This document shows, piece by piece, positions 58,712-64,000 of a stretch of 64,000 nt of DNA. Location: assembly GCA_964016885.1 (NCBI GenBank), contig OZ024754.1, positions 36,704,001 through 36,768,000 on the forward strand, written 5' to 3'. Every line of letters starts with the position of its first letter. Within the stretch, counting starts at the first letter, position 1. The notes below the pieces were generated by a model, which saw only the letters and a program-made list of their open reading frames with translations, did not search any database and was not told where the DNA came from. The position numbers and the translations under genes were made by a program. The stretch comes from Eledone cirrhosa (lineage: Eukaryota).

Positions 58712-58777
58712 TATTTTATCTGATGAAAGCGCACCGTAATCTGCCTTGGTGGCCCTTGAAATATGTATAATGAAATA
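58712..58777 (+). ncRNA. Type I hammerhead motif (family A-like)
   Basis: UAUUUUAU-CUGAUGA-AAGCGCACCG...UGGUGGCCCUU-GAAA-UAUGUA-UA-AUGAAAUA. 8-bp stem I. Confidence 0.7.
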
Positions 58778-59180
58778 AATATGGTTTTATAAATATAGTT
58801 TCCATTTGTTAATATATTGTATTTTCTTGGTCGTATTTTTGGCTGTGCGAATGATTGTTTAAGCATCGTCTCAGTGTGTTGGTATTAAACGTTAGTTATA
58901 GCTCTGGTTTGTCCGAACTATTGAGCACTTTGCCGCACATTTCGAAGATTGTGTTTCGTTATTTCGTGTGCCGAAGTTCCGATTCTCGATAATTTATTTG
59001 TATATATATATATTTATATGGTATATATATTTATATGGTATTTTAACGATAGTTATAGCTCTGATTTTTCCAAATTATTGAGCCCTCTGCCACATATATC
59101 GGATATTGTTTATCGTGATTTCGTGGGCTGATATTCCGATTCTCGATTATTCTACTATATATATATTTATATATATAAGT

Positions 59181-59420
59181 AAGTTTGTTTTAAAACAGCG
59201 AGCGAGTTTGAAAATAGTAGTAGATGCTTCCGCCGTATTTTTTACTATAGAAATTTTAGCCTGGAAGTGGGGTTTAGGACCCTCAAAGAAATGGAAAAAG
59301 ATGAGTATTGACGTTTGAGGGTCCTAAACCCCACTTCCAGGCTAAAATTTCTATAGTAAAAAATACGGCGGAAGCATCTACTACTATTTTCAAACTCGCT
59401 CGCTGTTTTAAAACAAACTT
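59181..59420. repeat. Fold-back inverted repeat, 107-bp arms, 26-bp spacer
   Basis: Arms 59181-59287 and 59314-59420. Confidence 0.95.
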
Positions 59421-59422
59421 TA

Positions 59423-61541
59423 TATACACACACATGCATATATACACACTCACACACACACATTTACATACATAATCACACTGACACACACACACATGCA
59501 TATACACACTCACACACACACATTTACATACATAATCACACTGACACATACACACCCACATCCAATCACACACACACACACACACATGCATATACTCACT
59601 CACACACACATTTACATACATAATCACACAGACACAGACACACCCACATCCAATCACACACACACACACACACATGCATATACTCACTCACACACACACA
59701 TTTACATACATAATCACACAGACACAGACACACCCACATCCAATCACACACACACACACATGCATATACACACTCACACACACACACATGCATATTCACA
59801 CTCACACACACACATTTACATACATAATCACACTGACACATACACACCCACATCCAATCACACACACACACACACACATGCATATACTCACTCACACACA
59901 CACACATTTACATACATAATCACACTGACACAGACACACCCACATCCAATCACACACACACACACACACATGCATATACTCACTCACACACACACACATT
60001 TACATACATAATCACACTGACACAGACACACCCACATCCAATCACACACACACACACACATGCATATACTCACTCACACACACACACATTTACATACATA
60101 ATCACACAGACACAGACACACCCACATCCAATCACACACACACACACACACATGCATATACTCACTCACACACACACACATTTACATACATAATCACACT
60201 GACACAGACACACCCACATCCAATCACACACACACACACACACATGCATATACTCACTCACACACACACACATTTACATACATAATCACACTGACACAGA
60301 CACACCCACATCCAATCACACACACACACACACATGCATATACTCACTCACACACACACACATTTACATACATAATCACACAGACACAGACACACCCACA
60401 TCCAATCACACACACACACACACACATGCATATACTCACTCACACACACACACATTTACATACATAATCACACAGACACAGACACACCCACATCCAATCA
60501 CACACACACACACACACATGCATATACTCACTCACACACACACACATTTACATACATAATCACACAGACACAGACACACCCACATCCAATCACACACACA
60601 CACACACACATGCATATACTCATTCACACACACACACATTTACATACATAATCACACTGACACAGACACCCACATCCAATCACACACACACACACACACA
60701 TGCATATACTCACTCACACACACACACATTTACATACATAATCACACTGACACAGACACCCACATCCAATCACACACACACACACACATGCATATACTCA
60801 CTCACACACACACACATTTACATACATAATCACACAGACACAGACACACCCACATCCAATCACACACACACATGCATATACACACTCACACACACACACA
60901 TTTACATACATAATCACACAGACACAGACACACCCACATCCAATCACACACACACATGCATATACACACTCACACACACACACATTTACATACATAATCA
61001 CACAGACACAGACACACCCACATCCAATCACACACACACATGCATATACACACTCACACACACACACATTTACATACATAATCACACAGACACATACACA
61101 CCCACATCCAATCACACACACACACACATGTATATACACACTCACACACACACATTTACATACATAATCACACAGACACATACACACCCACATCCAATCA
61201 CACACACACACACATGCATATTCACACTCACACACACACACATTAACATACATAATCACACTGACACATACACACCCACATCCAATCACACACACACACA
61301 CATGCATATACACACTCACACACACACACATTTACATACATAATCACACTGACACAGACACACCCACATCCAATCACACACACACATGCATATACACACT
61401 CACACACACACATTTACATACATAATCACACTGACACATACACACCCACATCCAATCACACACACACACACATGCATATACACACTCACACACACACTTT
61501 TACATACATAATCACACAGACACAGACACACCCACATCCAA

Positions 61542-61574
<33 letters not shown>

Positions 61575-61643
61575 CATATACACACTCACACACACACACA
61601 TTTACATACATAATCACACAGACACAGACACACCCACATCCAA

Positions 61644-61676
<33 letters not shown>

Positions 61677-61965
61677 CATATACAGACTCACACACACACA
61701 TGTACACACATAATCCCACTGACACAGACACACACACATCCAATCACTCACTCACACAAACGCACACACACACACATGCATATACACACTCTCACACACA
61801 CATTTACATACATAATCACACAGACACAGACACATCCAATCACACACACACACACATAATCACACTCACACTCACACACACACACATCCAATCACACACA
61901 CACACACATGTACACACATAATCACACTCACACTCACACTCACACTCACACACACACATCCAATC
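59423..61965. repeat. CA-based minisatellite, ~86-92-bp unit, roughly 27 copies
   Basis: TTTACATACATAATCACAC.GACACAGACACACCCACATCCAATC recurs, with variable CA lengths. Confidence 0.95.
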
Positions 61966-62170
61966 ACTATATCATTCCGAGAGGGAAACAAATGAAGGAT
62001 GTGAAATTGATCTGTTCTACACACGTCACATTACCATGGTTACGCGTCCTGTTGTGGATTTCAGTAAAACCATGTGTTTATCTCAATATCCAACTATCTC
62101 TCCCCCCCCCTCTCTCTCTCTCTCTCTCTCTGTATATATATATAACTATATGTCTCTTCACCCAGCCCCC

Positions 62171-62214
<44 letters not shown>

Positions 62215-62292
62215 CGTCTTCTCTCTTTCTTGTTCACGACCTCTTCCTTTTTTATCTCACGCTTTTTTTTTCTAGATCTCTTTCTATTTATC

Positions 62293-62325
<33 letters not shown>

Positions 62326-62932
62326 TTATCTATCTATCTATCAACCATCGAATGGATGAAAGGCAAAGTTGACCTCGGCAGGATTTGAACTCAGAGAGAA
62401 GAGAGTTGGAACTAATCCCATAAAGTATTCTATCTGACGTCCTAACGACTCCGCCAATTCGTTGCCTTTATGTTCCTTTATGTTAAGGAGTTCAAATCTC
62501 ACCGAAGTCAATTTTACATTTCATTTATCCGAAAGAGATATAGAGGAAGAATCTACCTCAGTAGTAGACTGGTACTTTACTTATCGACCTCGAATGGATA
62601 AAAGGGCAAAGTTAATCTTGGTCAGGTTTCAACTCAGAGGTTCTAATGACTGCCAATTTGGTGCCTTACGAAATGTTTATGTATAATAAATATACATATA
62701 TATTTCTTATTGGAAAGATATATATTTCTTTATACTAAATATACATAGAGTCAGCCTATGAAGGAGTGATGCTAAGGCTGTGCGATCTTGCAAGCATTAA
62801 TTTCAAATTGTTTTTATTAATAACTGCATTGTTTCTTTCTGGAGACCATATTGAAAAATAAACCTTATTTTGGTCATTCCATGGGAGTATCTTAGTCCCC
62901 CTATGAATTTATCAGTCGACATTCGTATGTAG

Positions 62933-63247
<315 letters not shown>

Positions 63248-63333
63248 TAAGGAAAAGAAAGAGTTGAAACTGTCTTGTGGGTCTTAAACATACAGGAAAA
63301 ACTCCTGAGTGAAAGGGCAAGGAATCGACATTA

Positions 63334-63456
63334 TGGTCTGAGTTCAAATCCCGCCAAGGTTAACTTTGCCTTTCATCCTTACGGGGGTCGATAAAATAAA
63401 GTACCAGTAATACACTGGGATAATTGCTGGCCTTGTGCCAAAAGTAGAAACAATTA
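63334..63456 (+). mobile_element. SINE family A, 5'-truncated
   Basis: B-box through the AAGTAGAAACAATT end. Confidence 0.88.
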
Positions 63457-64000
63457 ATAAAACTAGACGGTGAAACGTCAGGTAGAATGCCTTGCGGTAT
63501 TCATTCCGGCTCATTTCCCTCTGAGTTCAAATCCCGGGATAAAAGGCAAAATTGAGCTCGGTCGGATTTCAACTCAGGGAGCGGAGAGTCGGAACAAATC
63601 CCGTAAAACATTCTATCAGACCTTCTAATGACTCTGCCAATTTGCTACCTTACGAAATGCTTATGTATACTAAATATACATATATAATTCTTTATTAGAA
63701 AGAAGAGCAGAAAAACCACCCTTCGGGTAGTTTTCTGCTAGCATTTGTAGTGTGTATATTGATATTATACGCAGGTATATATGCATGTAGATATGATACA
63801 TCAAATAAAATCGTAATTGACAATATACACAGAAATTGAACGAAGACTGCGTTACACTGTCTTATGTAATCAGTAAAGTAATCCTTGATACATTTCAAAA
63901 AGACGATATTATATATAAACTGCATTAAGAGAAAATTAGCGACGGAAATAAATGAATGTTTATTTAAGCATTCGCTAACAAAAAGTGTTGACATTTGAAA

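Noticed and set aside
59423-61965. CRISPR-like appearance of the periodic arrays (also 29935-30233 and 40520-41018)
   Set aside because: There are no unique spacers and no cas genes, and the context is eukaryotic.

Overview
Eukaryotic, AT-rich, microsatellite-saturated non-coding DNA. The SINE, LINE and microsatellite repertoire suggests an octopod cephalopod, which is my inference and is not verified. I can support no protein-coding gene: nearly all long ORFs are translations of simple repeats. The ordinary content is long (TA)n/(CA)n/(GGT)n arrays, a 3.9-kb 12-bp minisatellite, a 200-N gap, two tRNA-derived SINE families (over 20 copies), relics of RTE-, L1/Tx1- and CRE-like LINEs, a hAT MITE and a Helentron-like element. 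The main hidden signal is in the short 'unique' islands between (TA)n tracts. Many carry type I hammerhead ribozyme (HHR) motifs (CUGANGA-stem II-GAAA-short, usually palindromic stem III-NUH-stem I), from about 8-10 distinct families on both strands. Many of these islands are long fold-back inverted repeats, and several pivot at or beside the ribozyme core. One family is a ~522-529-nt unit found twice as a more-than-monomer tandem, with one HHR per unit, covarying stems, a shared 3' end in (TA)n and an inverted 5' end. This fits a retrozyme-like, probably Penelope-mobilised, TA-targeting RNA element system. All folds were paired by eye and ribozyme activity is untested.
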